Counted from the stretch's first letter, positions 28,547 to 37,711 are shown. The stretch: DNA of 64,000 nt from Spirochaetae bacterium HGW-Spirochaetae-3 (GCA_002839315.1 PGXV01000007.1:65934-129933), one strand, 5' to 3'. Translations and numbers: made by a program. Notes: generated by a model not told the origin, from the sequence alone.

Positions 28547-28574
28547 ACTATACACGACGTCCGCCTCTATTCAA
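28547..28574 (-). promoter_or_regulatory. Promoter TTGAAT-N16-TATAGT of the cyclase operon
   Basis: The minus strand reads cttgaat agaggcggacgtcgtg tatagt taa GTGGTG. The predicted start site falls at or inside the first codons, so the exact start codon is uncertain. Confidence 0.5.
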
Positions 28575-28709
28575 GCCTAGCCGGATCATATTCTCCGATT
28601 ACTGCGGCGACGTCGCTTGGGGCCGAAGCCGGATCAGCGCGCCGAGTGACAATCCCGACGGGCTTGGGATATAGTTGCCGGGCGGAAGCCGGTCTTAGAG
28701 CGAGGCGAC

Positions 28710-29732
28710 ATGAAGAGGATATCGATAATACATACGGGCGGCACTTTTTCCATGCAACCGGACGACGAGGGCCTGCTGGCGCCGGGGAATTACGCCCTCG
28801 ACTATATCCAGAAGACCGTGCCCCCGCTGTTCAACGCGGAATTGCGCCAGAAACAGCTCTTCAACCTGGACTCGTCGCTTTTCAGGCCGGAGCACTGGGT
28901 AGCCATCGCCCGCGAGATATGCGAGACCTACGACGACTATGACGGGTTCGTCGTGGTCCATGGCACCGATACCATGGCGTATACCGCGAGCGCGTTGTCG
29001 TTCTTCCTCAAGAACCTCGAGAAGCCGGTCGTCCTGACCGGTTCCCAGATCCCGCTGACCATGAAGCGTAGCGACGCCCTCGGCAACCTCATCGCCGCCG
29101 TCGAGGTCGCCCACTCGAGCGATATAAAGGAAGTCGCCGTCCAGTTCAACAATACCGTCTTCAGGGGTAATCGAACCAAGAAGAAGACCGCCTCCGATTT
29201 CGACGCGTTCTATAGCCCCAATTACCGGCCGCTCATCCAGCTCGGTATAGTCATGGAGCAGTTCCATAACAGGTTCTTCCATTCGCCGGCAGGCGTGTTC
29301 GAGATAGATACGAGGCTCGACCCGCACGTCCTCCTCGTCCCGATCTTCCCCGGATTCGATTTCTCCACCATCATACCGACGGTTCAGGAGGGGAGGACGA
29401 AAGGCCTGGTCGTGGAGGCCTACGGCAGCGGTAACGTTCCGAGCGACGACCCCGGCCTCGAAGAATTCTTCAAGGCGGCCGCCGACATGAAGGTGCCCGT
29501 AGCCGTATGTAGCCAGTCGCCTATGGGCAAGGTCAACCTGAAGCTGTACAAGGTAGCCTCGAGGGCGGATTACTACGGCCTCATCTCCGCCGTCGACATG
29601 ACGCGGGAGGCTACTATAGTCAAGCTCATGGTAGCCCTGGGGCGGTTCTCGGACCTGAAGAAGATAAAGCAGTTCATGCAGCTCAATATCGCCGGCGAGA
29701 AAGAGGACGAGGGCCCGGCCGAACGGGCCTGA
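28710..29732 (+). CDS. ansA: L-asparaginase, type I (cytoplasmic)
   Basis: ISIIHTGGTFSM (catalytic Thr motif), FVVVHGTDTMAYTASALSF and the GSQIP context. Confidence 0.92.
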   Translation: MKRISIIHTGGTFSMQPDDEGLLAPGNYALDYIQKTVPPLFNAELRQKQLFNLDSSLFRPEHWVAIAREICETYDDYDGFVVVHGTDTMAYTASALSFFLKNLEKPVVLTGSQIPLTMKRSDALGNLIAAVEVAHSSDIKEVAVQFNNTVFRGNRTKKKTASDFDAFYSPNYRPLIQLGIVMEQFHNRFFHSPAGVFEIDTRLDPHVLLVPIFPGFDFSTIIPTVQEGRTKGLVVEAYGSGNVPSDDPGLEEFFKAAADMKVPVAVCSQSPMGKVNLKLYKVASRADYYGLISAVDMTREATIVKLMVALGRFSDLKKIKQFMQLNIAGEKEDEGPAERA

Positions 29733-29859
29733 GCCCGCGGCGCGTAGAGCCCCGCGGCACGACGCGCCGCTCCGCGCATCCCCGCGCTGCCGGGCGGGAA
29801 TACGTTCTTTCCTGCTCGGCGTGCCTCGGAAGAAAGTCCCGAACGCTCAGCTCGTGAAA

Positions 29860-31230
29860 TCATCCGTTCGTATACCCCGGCGCGTCCCTCGCGCCGACGA
29901 GCGGTAGAACGTCGATGAGCTTCCTGTATTTCGTCTCGCTGGCTATCAGGTTCCGTTGGGCCAACGCGCGCTCGGTAATATCCTGTACCACCCCCGTTAC
30001 CAAGGTGGGCTCGCCGCGCTCGCTCCTGTGGAGCTCGGCGACCGACCAGATAATCCTCGTACGCTCCTGGCCCTTCGGACGTATCTCGAATTCTAGGTTA
30101 TACACGGCGTCGTGCTCTATCAGGTCGATCAGCGCCTGGTGCACACGATCGCGCTCCAGGATGCGCGATTCGACCTCGTCGGGAGAGAATCCCTCCTCGT
30201 CAGGATCGAAGCCGTAGATTCGCTTCGCCTCGTCCGATCCCCAGAACGAGTCCGTTCTCAGGTCGTATTCCCAATTCCCGACACGGCCGATACGCTGGGC
30301 CTTCAGGTAGCGCTCCTCCGAGGTCCGTAACCTTTCCAAGGCCAGGTGACGCTCGGTTATATCGACGGCTAAGCCCTCGAACCCTATTACTGAGCCCGAT
30401 TCGTCCCTCAGGGGACCCGCGCTCGACGAATGCCGACGCCACGAGCCGTCGAGGTGCCTCGCCCGATATTCTATATCCTCGATTCTCCTGCCCGACTCTA
30501 TCGCCTCGCTAAGACACGCCCTGCAGGCGGGGACGTCGTCCGGGTGCACGAAAAGCTCGAACGGCTGGCCTATCACGCTCGATAGGGGGTGCCCGAGCAC
30601 GCGCGTCCAGGCCGGGGATACGAAGGTGAAGATCCCGTCGGGGCTGAGGATGTAGATGATGTCGTGGCTGCTCTCTACGAGCTCCCGGTATTTCTTCTCG
30701 CTAAGGGATAGTAGTCTGCTGGATTCATCTACCATTGCGTTGGCGGCGTTAAGCTCTTCGATCGTCTGCAGCAGATCATCGTTGGCGACCTGCATCTCTT
30801 CGTATGCCGCCTCCATGTCATCGCTCTGCGCCTGTATTTTCTTCTTGGCCTCGAATAGCTTGAACGCCATCCTTATTCCTGCAACGAGTACCGTCTCTCC
30901 TGAATTCTTGACGATATAGCCGTAGGACGTTATGCCCTCGGTTTTTTCTACTGTCTCTCTTTCCGTATACGAGGACAGGAATACCAGCGGGAGTTCGCGT
31001 TCGCGCAGAATGCGGGCAGCCGCCTCGGTACCGTCGATCCCGTCGCCGAGGTTGATGTCCATGAGGACGAGGTCTATCCGGCTATCTCCGGCGGCGGCGA
31101 TTACCGCCTTCTCGCCAGACGACGCGCTTACGACCGCGTATCCGTATGCTTCGAGCGTCCGCTTGCCCGCCAAGGCTATGATGGCCTCGTCTTCGACCAG
31201 GAGTATAGTCTTCCCGTTGTCGTCGCGCAT
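29860..31230 (-). CDS. Response-regulator receiver + two PAS domains, no output domain (apparently C-terminally truncated)
   Basis: I trimmed from the TTG at 31284 to ATG 31230, which is preceded by GGGGAGGG. KTILLVEDEAIIAL...DLVLMDINLGDGIDG is a REC domain. Two PAS units follow, each introduced by SE(K/E)(K/R)Y. A third SETKYRKLIDVLP linker starts and then stops after about 20 aa. Confidence 0.85.
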   Translation of the reverse strand: MRDDNGKTILLVEDEAIIALAGKRTLEAYGYAVVSASSGEKAVIAAAGDSRIDLVLMDINLGDGIDGTEAAARILRERELPLVFLSSYTERETVEKTEGITSYGYIVKNSGETVLVAGIRMAFKLFEAKKKIQAQSDDMEAAYEEMQVANDDLLQTIEELNAANAMVDESSRLLSLSEKKYRELVESSHDIIYILSPDGIFTFVSPAWTRVLGHPLSSVIGQPFELFVHPDDVPACRACLSEAIESGRRIEDIEYRARHLDGSWRRHSSSAGPLRDESGSVIGFEGLAVDITERHLALERLRTSEERYLKAQRIGRVGNWEYDLRTDSFWGSDEAKRIYGFDPDEEGFSPDEVESRILERDRVHQALIDLIEHDAVYNLEFEIRPKGQERTRIIWSVAELHRSERGEPTLVTGVVQDITERALAQRNLIASETKYRKLIDVLPLVGARDAPGYTNG

Positions 31231-31314
31231 GCCGCCCTCCCCAGCGTCAAGTATCGTTGACGCGGAGGAGTCTGTCGACGGCAATCTATCAGTAGCGAGC
31301 TGTTTCCACGGCGC

Positions 31315-33330
31315 CTACCGGAGCGCCCGCGACGAGTTGAGCACCGCGAGTAGGGCCACGCCGACGTCGGCGATCACGGCTTCCCACATGGCCGCCATGC
31401 CGAACGCGCCGAGACCGAGGAACGCCAGCTTGACGCCGAGCGCGAATACGATGTTCTGCTTGACGATGCGCCTCGTGCGCTTGGCCCGCTCTATGGCCTC
31501 GGCGACGCGCGAAGGCTCCCCGCTCATCAGCACGACGTCGGCGCTCTCCACGGCGGCGTCCGATCCGCCGCCCATCGCTATGCCGGCGTCCGCCCTGGCT
31601 AGCACCGGCGCGTCGTTGACGCCGTCGCCGACGAATATGACCGAGCCTCGGCCGCGCTCCTGCCCGAGTATCTCCTCGAGACGCTGGAGCTTGCCCTCTG
31701 GCAGGAGGCCGTGGTGGACCTCGTCTATCCCGGCCTCGCGGGCCGCGCGCTGTGCCGACGCTCCCGAGTCTCCCGTCAGCATGGCGACGCGGCGAATGCC
31801 GAGCCCGCGGAGGCTATCCAGCGCGGCCCTGCCGTCGGCCTTCAGCGCGTCGCCGACGCCGATGCGCCCGGCGTAGCGTCCCGCGATGGCGACGTGTATC
31901 TCGGTTCCCGACGCGGGCCTGCAATCGTGCGGCACGCCCTTGAGGTGCAATAGCCTGTCGCCGCCCGCGAGCACCTCGTGGCCGCCCATCATCGCCACGG
32001 CGCCGTGGCCGGGTATCTCCGCGTACGAGCCGTCGTCGCATCGCGGCCGGGGCTTTCCCGTGCTTTCCCACGCCTCCCTGATCGCTACCGCGAGCGGGTG
32101 GTTCGAATGGGTCTCCGCCGCTACCGCGCCGCCGAGCAGGGCTTCCTCGTCGAAACCGTCCTCCGGGGCTATCTCCCGGACGCTGAAGCTGCCGTCGGTA
32201 AGCGTGCCCGTCTTGTCGAACACCACTGTTCTCGCGTCGGCGAGCGCGTCGAGGACCGAGGCGCCCTTTATCAGGATGCCGCGCTTGGCCGCCCCGCCCA
32301 GGCCGCCGAAGTAGCCGAGCGGCACGCTTATGACGAACGCGCAGGGGCACGATATGACGAGCATGACGAGGGCGCGGTAGGCCCAGTCCGCGAAGGACTG
32401 CCCCGGAACCAACAGCGGAGGGATCAGGGCGACGAGCAGGGCCGCGACGACGACCGCCGGCGTGTACCATTTCGCGAAACGCGCGATGAACAGCTCGGTC
32501 CTGGCCTTCGCCTTCGACGCGTTCTCGACAAGCTCGACGATGCGGGCGGCCGACGACTCCGCGGCGACGCGCTCCGCCCGTATCGTGACGGCGGCGTCCG
32601 TCGCTATGAAGCCCGACAGCGCCTCGGCGCCCGCCTCTATCGGCCTCGGCGCGCTCTCGCCGGTCATCGCCGACGTATCGAAGGATCCGGAGCCCTCGAC
32701 GACGGTACCGTCGACCGGTACGCGCTCGCCGGGGCGGACGAGCACGAGGTCGCCCGGTTCGACGTCCTCGGGACCGCAGTCGACCCATTCGTCGCCGCGG
32801 CGGACCCGCGCCTTGTCGGGCCGCATCGCCAGTAGCGACCGAATGGAGCGCCGGCTCTTGTCGGCCGCGCCCTCCTGCATCATCTCGCCGATTTTATAGA
32901 AGACCATGACGCCTATGGCCTCTTCCATCGCGCCTATCGCGAAGGCGCCGAGCGACGCTATCGCCATCAGGAACAGCTCGTCGAAGACCTTGCCGCGGGC
33001 TATGTTCCTGGCCGCCGAAAAGAGTACGTCGCGGCCTGCCAGGAGATACGCCGTCGCGAAGACGAGCGTCGACGCTACCGGCAGCCAGGCGGCGGCGCCT
33101 GGCCGGTTCGCGGCCGCCTGCGCGAAGAATCCGCCTATCGCTATCGCGGCGGCCGCCGCCAGCGTCGCGATCTCCCGCTTCGTCCCTCGGGAAAGACCCG
33201 CGGGATCGTCCGCTGGCGCCGGCTTGAAGGCGTCTACCCGCGCCTGTTCGTGTACAGAGCAGGAGGCGCAGCAGGCCGTCTCGGGTACGGTCTCATCGTA
33301 TGAGTGTGTGTCTGGCGAGTAGTCGCGCAT
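31315..33330 (-). CDS. Heavy-metal translocating P1B-type ATPase (Zn/Cd/Pb-type CPC motif)
   Basis: VISCPCAFVIS (CPC), FDKTGTLT, GDGVNDAP and TGES. The N-terminus has CCASCSVHE instead of a canonical GMxCxxC HMA domain. Confidence 0.92.
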   Translation of the reverse strand: MRDYSPDTHSYDETVPETACCASCSVHEQARVDAFKPAPADDPAGLSRGTKREIATLAAAAAIAIGGFFAQAAANRPGAAAWLPVASTLVFATAYLLAGRDVLFSAARNIARGKVFDELFLMAIASLGAFAIGAMEEAIGVMVFYKIGEMMQEGAADKSRRSIRSLLAMRPDKARVRRGDEWVDCGPEDVEPGDLVLVRPGERVPVDGTVVEGSGSFDTSAMTGESAPRPIEAGAEALSGFIATDAAVTIRAERVAAESSAARIVELVENASKAKARTELFIARFAKWYTPAVVVAALLVALIPPLLVPGQSFADWAYRALVMLVISCPCAFVISVPLGYFGGLGGAAKRGILIKGASVLDALADARTVVFDKTGTLTDGSFSVREIAPEDGFDEEALLGGAVAAETHSNHPLAVAIREAWESTGKPRPRCDDGSYAEIPGHGAVAMMGGHEVLAGGDRLLHLKGVPHDCRPASGTEIHVAIAGRYAGRIGVGDALKADGRAALDSLRGLGIRRVAMLTGDSGASAQRAAREAGIDEVHHGLLPEGKLQRLEEILGQERGRGSVIFVGDGVNDAPVLARADAGIAMGGGSDAAVESADVVLMSGEPSRVAEAIERAKRTRRIVKQNIVFALGVKLAFLGLGAFGMAAMWEAVIADVGVALLAVLNSSRALR

Positions 33331-33332
33331 TC

Positions 33333-33704
33333 CTATCCTTTCCTTTCATCCAGGTGAGTAGTCGCGATGCCGACGATCTCTCTGACGTGGTCGTCGTCAA
33401 GCGCATAGAACATAGACTTGCCGTCGCGCCTGGCCCTGACGAGGCGGGCGCCGCGCAGCACGGCCAGCTGGTGGCTAACGGCGGACTGGCTCATGTCGAG
33501 CGCGACGGACAGGTCGCAGACGCACAGCTCCGCGGCGCCGAGCGCGTTCAGGATGCGCAGGCGGCTCGGGTCTCCGAGTACCTTGAACAGCTCTGCGAGG
33601 TCGAGTAGCCTTGAGACCGGCGCTTCCGCAGCCCTGGCGGAAGCAACCGGGCCTTCATGCACTATCGAGCACGAGCAGCGGTCCTGTTCGGGTTCGTCTT
33701 TCAT
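33333..33704 (-). CDS. ArsR/SmtB family metalloregulator (CadC-like)
   Basis: ELCVCDLSVALDMSQSAVSHQLAVLRGARLV is a winged HTH with a CVC metal site. An N-terminal CSCS is also present. The stop lies 2 nt before the ATPase start. Confidence 0.9.
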   Translation of the reverse strand: MKDEPEQDRCSCSIVHEGPVASARAAEAPVSRLLDLAELFKVLGDPSRLRILNALGAAELCVCDLSVALDMSQSAVSHQLAVLRGARLVRARRDGKSMFYALDDDHVREIVGIATTHLDERKG

Positions 33705-33727
33705 CGTCGTCTCCGATTATAAGTGAA

Positions 33728-33749
33728 CATATGAACAAATGATCATATG
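33728..33749. promoter_or_regulatory. Imperfect inverted repeat CATATGAaCA-aa-TGaTCATATG, candidate ArsR/SmtB operator next to a TATAAT box
   Basis: Read directly in the AT-rich leader of the cadC-like gene. The TATAAT box (33721-33716, minus strand) lies 11 nt upstream of ATG 33704. Confidence 0.55.
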
Positions 33750-33806
33750 TAATAATATCGAACCCCGCGCGTCGTGGCAAGCCCTCCTGGCCGGCTCCTT
33801 CCTTCC

Positions 33807-35054
33807 CTAATTCTCGAGGATCGTTATCTCCACCCGCCTGTTGCGTGCCTTGCCGGCCTCGGTCGAGTTGTCGGCGACCGGCTTCTCCGCGCCGTAGCCG
33901 AGTACTGTTATCGCCTCGGCCTCGCGGACGCCTAGCCGGATCAGCTCGTCGGCTACGGCTCGGGCGCGTTCGACTGACAGCTGTTGCCTGGCTACCGCGG
34001 TGCCGGCGAGCGCCGTGTGCCCGCTGACCTGGATGTCGCGCCCCTTTATCCCGGCGAGCAGCGACGCGATCTTCTCTATCTTGGCGAGTTCAGGCGGCGA
34101 CAGCCGCGCCGAGTCCGCCTCGAACTGGATATTCTCGAGGCTAATCGTGACGCCGCGCTCGTCGCTCGTCACCGTGACGTCGTCGAGGCCGGAGACCGCG
34201 TCGCGCATCTCCTCCTCCAGCCCGGCGCGGTCCATCAGCTTCGCCTCGACGACGTCGGCGCCCGCCTCGCCGCGGTACTCCACCGTGCGGCCGTCCGACA
34301 GCTCGAAGACGAACTTGAAGCGCTCCTCGTACGCCGCGAGCCCGCCGCGCTCCTGGTCCCAGTACAGAAGCTGGTCCGAGTAGCCGGCGATCTGCGTGGG
34401 CCAGGCGATCGTCCACGAGCGCGGCCTGGGCGGCTGGACGAAGACGGTGTAGGCGGCGCGCACGAGCCTGACCGGCTTGCCTTCCAGCGTGCCCGGGCCC
34501 TCGTAGGTATAGCGGACGTCTATCGGTATGAGGTATGGATCGGGTATGCCGAAGTCCTCGCGGAAGTCGTGGCGCTCCTCGCCGGGGGCGTTCCAGGTGT
34601 CGCCGGGCTTGAGGTCCCGGGCCGGGAAGGTAGGGACGTGCCTGACCGTCGGCATGTAGTACTCGGGCGCTATATCGTAGCGGCCGTCGGGCGCCTGCCA
34701 GTACTCGGAGCGGTATATCCTGTCGGCGACGTAGGAGAAGCCGCCGGCGTACTGCACGCTCGTGGAGAAGTCGCCGCGCAGGAGGCCCGACCCGTCGGCG
34801 CGCGTATCGGCGACCTCGAAGGCTATACGGTTGACGATCCTGGCCGAGTGCGAATAGCGGCGGTTGACGTAGACGTCCTCGTCCACCGTGGAGACGACGC
34901 GGTACTTGTCGCCGGTCTCGTACTGGAATCGGAATTCGTCGGCGCCGGCCGGCGCCGCCGCCGCCGCGGCCGAGAGCGCGGCGAGGGCCGCGATGGCGAA
35001 CGCCGAATGTCTCGCCCCGGTACCTCCCGCCGATCGTCGTGCTTGTCGCGTCAT
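33807..35054 (-). CDS. OmpA-domain protein with an uncharacterised N-terminal domain
   Basis: It has a signal peptide (AIAALAALSAAAAAAPAGA). The C-terminus shows FEADSARLSP...VSGHT...LSVERARAVADEL...GYGAEKPVADNSTEAGKARNRRVEITI, an OmpA/MotB peptidoglycan-binding motif. Confidence 0.85.
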   Translation of the reverse strand: MTRQARRSAGGTGARHSAFAIAALAALSAAAAAAPAGADEFRFQYETGDKYRVVSTVDEDVYVNRRYSHSARIVNRIAFEVADTRADGSGLLRGDFSTSVQYAGGFSYVADRIYRSEYWQAPDGRYDIAPEYYMPTVRHVPTFPARDLKPGDTWNAPGEERHDFREDFGIPDPYLIPIDVRYTYEGPGTLEGKPVRLVRAAYTVFVQPPRPRSWTIAWPTQIAGYSDQLLYWDQERGGLAAYEERFKFVFELSDGRTVEYRGEAGADVVEAKLMDRAGLEEEMRDAVSGLDDVTVTSDERGVTISLENIQFEADSARLSPPELAKIEKIASLLAGIKGRDIQVSGHTALAGTAVARQQLSVERARAVADELIRLGVREAEAITVLGYGAEKPVADNSTEAGKARNRRVEITILEN

Positions 35055-35118
35055 GCTTCGCCGCCTTTCCCGTCCTCTATAGTGTCGGTACTAGTATAGC
35101 GCGGGAAGAGAGCCGGGC

Positions 35119-35904
35119 TCAGGCCTCGGGCGGCTTCCGGCAGAAGTCGACCGTCCGCTCCGCGTATCCGAAGCCGACGGATTCGTAGATGCGCCTGACC
35201 GAGCCGTCCTCGGGCACTATGACGAAGCGGAGGCCGCCACGGCGCCGTCGCTCGGCGTCGCAGGCCGCGAACAGCAGCGACCTGCAGATTCCCCTGCGCC
35301 TATAATCGGGATGCGTCTCGACGTTCCTGAATCGCGCGAGGCCGTCGCGGATGAACAGCCCCATCTGGCCCACCGCAATGTCGCCGTCCCACGCGCCCCA
35401 CCAGAGGCCGTCTCCCCGTTCCACCGCCCTGCGGGCGGCCGAGAAGCTCCGTTCTACGTAGCCGCGCGAGTAGCCGGGACTGCCCGCGTTCACGGTCCGG
35501 CTCGTCTCCACGCCGGCCGCCCAGTCCGAGTCGGATATGAACGGCCTGTATTCGACGCCCTCGGCGGGAGGCCCGGCCGGCCGCGGGGCTTCCGCGCTCA
35601 GCACGTCGTAGGCGCGCGCCTCGTATCCCGCCGCCTCGAAGCGCCCCGCGGCGCCCATGTCGCCGTCGATCCCGTCCACGAGGAAGACGCGATGGGCGCA
35701 TCCCGGTAGCTCGGCTCTGAACAGGCGCTCCCACGCGTCGAGGTCGCCGTCGGCCGGCGGCCCGGGCATGGCGATGCAGTTCCCGTACCAGTAGTCGGGC
35801 ACGGAAGGCGTCCGGAGGACGATATAATCGCCCTTGTCCTCGACGAGCCCGAAGGAACGCTGTATATCGAGCGTCGTCCTGAGCGCTAGCGACGCTACGC
35901 GCAT
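35119..35904 (-). CDS. GNAT family N-acetyltransferase
   Basis: VETHPDYRRRGICRSLLFAACD is an acetyl-CoA binding (R/Q)xxGxG/A-like motif. The start lies 3 nt after the pyk stop. Confidence 0.75.
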   Translation of the reverse strand: MRVASLALRTTLDIQRSFGLVEDKGDYIVLRTPSVPDYWYGNCIAMPGPPADGDLDAWERLFRAELPGCAHRVFLVDGIDGDMGAAGRFEAAGYEARAYDVLSAEAPRPAGPPAEGVEYRPFISDSDWAAGVETSRTVNAGSPGYSRGYVERSFSAARRAVERGDGLWWGAWDGDIAVGQMGLFIRDGLARFRNVETHPDYRRRGICRSLLFAACDAERRRRGGLRFVIVPEDGSVRRIYESVGFGYAERTVDFCRKPPEA

Positions 35905-35907
35905 GCC

Positions 35908-37323
35908 CTAGCGCGACTCTCTCAGGCACGAGGCCGCGGTGTTTATCTCGAGGAAGTTGGTCGTCTCGCTCTGGCCGGGCGTACCGCCTATGATCGCTAC
36001 GAGGTCCTCGGTCTCGATAGCGCCGCGCGCTACGAGACGCTCGAGCGACCGGGAAACGAGCTGGTCCGTGGTATTGGGCGCGTCGGACTGCTCGGAGAAG
36101 ACGCCGAAGCTCAGGCTGAGCGCCCGGACCGTAGCCATCTGCGGGCTGAAGGCGTATATCGGTACGTGGCTTCGGTAGCTCGATATCAGCCTGGCTATGC
36201 GGCCCGACTCGGTGTCGGCGATTACGGCCTTGATGGGTAGCCGCAGGGCGCTCAAGGCCGCGCTCCTGGCCATGTAGTCTCGTACGCGGTTAGGCGTAGC
36301 CTCGCTGACCATCGTCTCGCTCTTCGGCTTCTGGCTCTCCGCCTGCGTCGCAATCCTGGCCATCGTGCTGACGGCCTCAAGCGGGTACTTGCCGAAGGCC
36401 GTCTCGCCCGACAGCATCAGCGCGTCGGTGCCGTCGAATACGGCGTTGGCCACGTCGGATACCTCGGCCCGCGTCGGCCGCGGGTTCTCTATCATCGTAT
36501 GGAGCATCTGCGTCGCGGTTATCACCGGCTTGCCCTTGCGCACGCAGGCCGCGATGATAGTCTTCTGTATGCCGGGCAGGCGCTCGAATGGTATCTCCAC
36601 GCCCAGGTCGCCGCGCGCTACCATCGCGCCGTCGGCGAAGTCGAGTATCTCCGGCAGGTTGGTCACGCCCTGTATGTTCTCTATCTTGGCTATGATCCGC
36701 GCCTTGCTACCGTAGCCGTCCAGTATGCGCCTGACCTCGAGCACGTCCTCCTTGTTGCGGACGAAGGAGTGGGCGACGAAGTCTATGTCGTTGTCGGCGA
36801 CGAATTTCAGGTATTCCCGGTCCTTCTCGGAAAGGGCGGGTATCCTGAGCGGCACGCCCGGCACGTTGACGCTCTTGCGGTCCTTCAGGAGGCCGTCGTT
36901 CATCACCTCGCACAGCAGCATGCCGTTGGCGACGTTCTTGACGGCCAGCTCGATGGCCCCGTCGTCCATCAGTATGCGCGAGCCGACGGGCACCTCCGCG
37001 GTGAATCCTCCGTAGGATACCGAGAAGCCTTTGCGCACCTCGTCTACCTTGGGGATGGTCACCGTCTCGCCGGCCTTCAGCTCGAGCGGCGCCGGTAACC
37101 CCTTCACGCGCACTTCCGGGCCCTTGGTGTCGACCAGTATGCCTATCGTGGCGGAGACGGCCCTGATGTTGGCCACGACCTTGGCGGAGGCCTCGGGCGT
37201 CTGGTGCGCCGTGTTCAGCCGTACCACGTTCATGCCCGCCTCGTGCAGAGACCGGAGGAATTCCGGGTCGCACTGGGAATCCGATATCGTCGCTACGATC
37301 TTGGTCAGTTTCTGGGTGTTCAT
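35908..37323 (-). CDS. pyk: Pyruvate kinase
   Basis: TKIVATISD...GMNVVRLNTAHQ...MVARGDLGVEIP...ATQMLHTMI are classic PK motifs. Confidence 0.95.
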   Translation of the reverse strand: MNTQKLTKIVATISDSQCDPEFLRSLHEAGMNVVRLNTAHQTPEASAKVVANIRAVSATIGILVDTKGPEVRVKGLPAPLELKAGETVTIPKVDEVRKGFSVSYGGFTAEVPVGSRILMDDGAIELAVKNVANGMLLCEVMNDGLLKDRKSVNVPGVPLRIPALSEKDREYLKFVADNDIDFVAHSFVRNKEDVLEVRRILDGYGSKARIIAKIENIQGVTNLPEILDFADGAMVARGDLGVEIPFERLPGIQKTIIAACVRKGKPVITATQMLHTMIENPRPTRAEVSDVANAVFDGTDALMLSGETAFGKYPLEAVSTMARIATQAESQKPKSETMVSEATPNRVRDYMARSAALSALRLPIKAVIADTESGRIARLISSYRSHVPIYAFSPQMATVRALSLSFGVFSEQSDAPNTTDQLVSRSLERLVARGAIETEDLVAIIGGTPGQSETTNFLEINTAASCLRESR

Positions 37324-37459
37324 GCGATAAGTATGGCGGAAAAAAGTCGGGAATGGAATATGCGGGTCTTAAAACTTGATATTTAACGGGCCAGAAGATT
37401 CTGGCGTATACTCGCTCGCGATGAACCGGGACGGCGAGCTCATCCGGACTCAGTCCATG

Positions 37460-37711
37460 GGCATCTCCATACTGCTGCCTTGGACGACGTTCAAGGAGAG
37501 GCTTATCGGGTTCGAGAACGCGATCGTCCCGCTCCTGATGCCCGCCGTCGGCATTGGCACGGACCCGATATGTTTCGGTATCGCGATGGCGCTTCCCTTT
37601 AATATAGCGCTTATGACGCCGCCGGTCGGCGCCCGCTCGTTCGTGGCCTGCCAGATCTCCAGGATATCGCCGGCGCGACTGTCCAAGGCCATGTGGCCGT
37701 ACATCTATTTC
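37460..37711 (+). pseudogene. Remnant of the C-terminus of a TRAP transporter large permease (DctM)
   Basis: The translation LLMPAVGIGTDPICFGIAMALPFNIALMTPPVGARSFVACQISRISPARLSKAMWPY matches the conserved DctM C-terminal motif (GIDPIHFGI...N..IG.ITPPVG.NLFV...I......S.A..PF). It has no N-terminal body, no DctP or DctQ nearby, and lies in an otherwise non-coding 500-nt gap. Confidence 0.6.
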
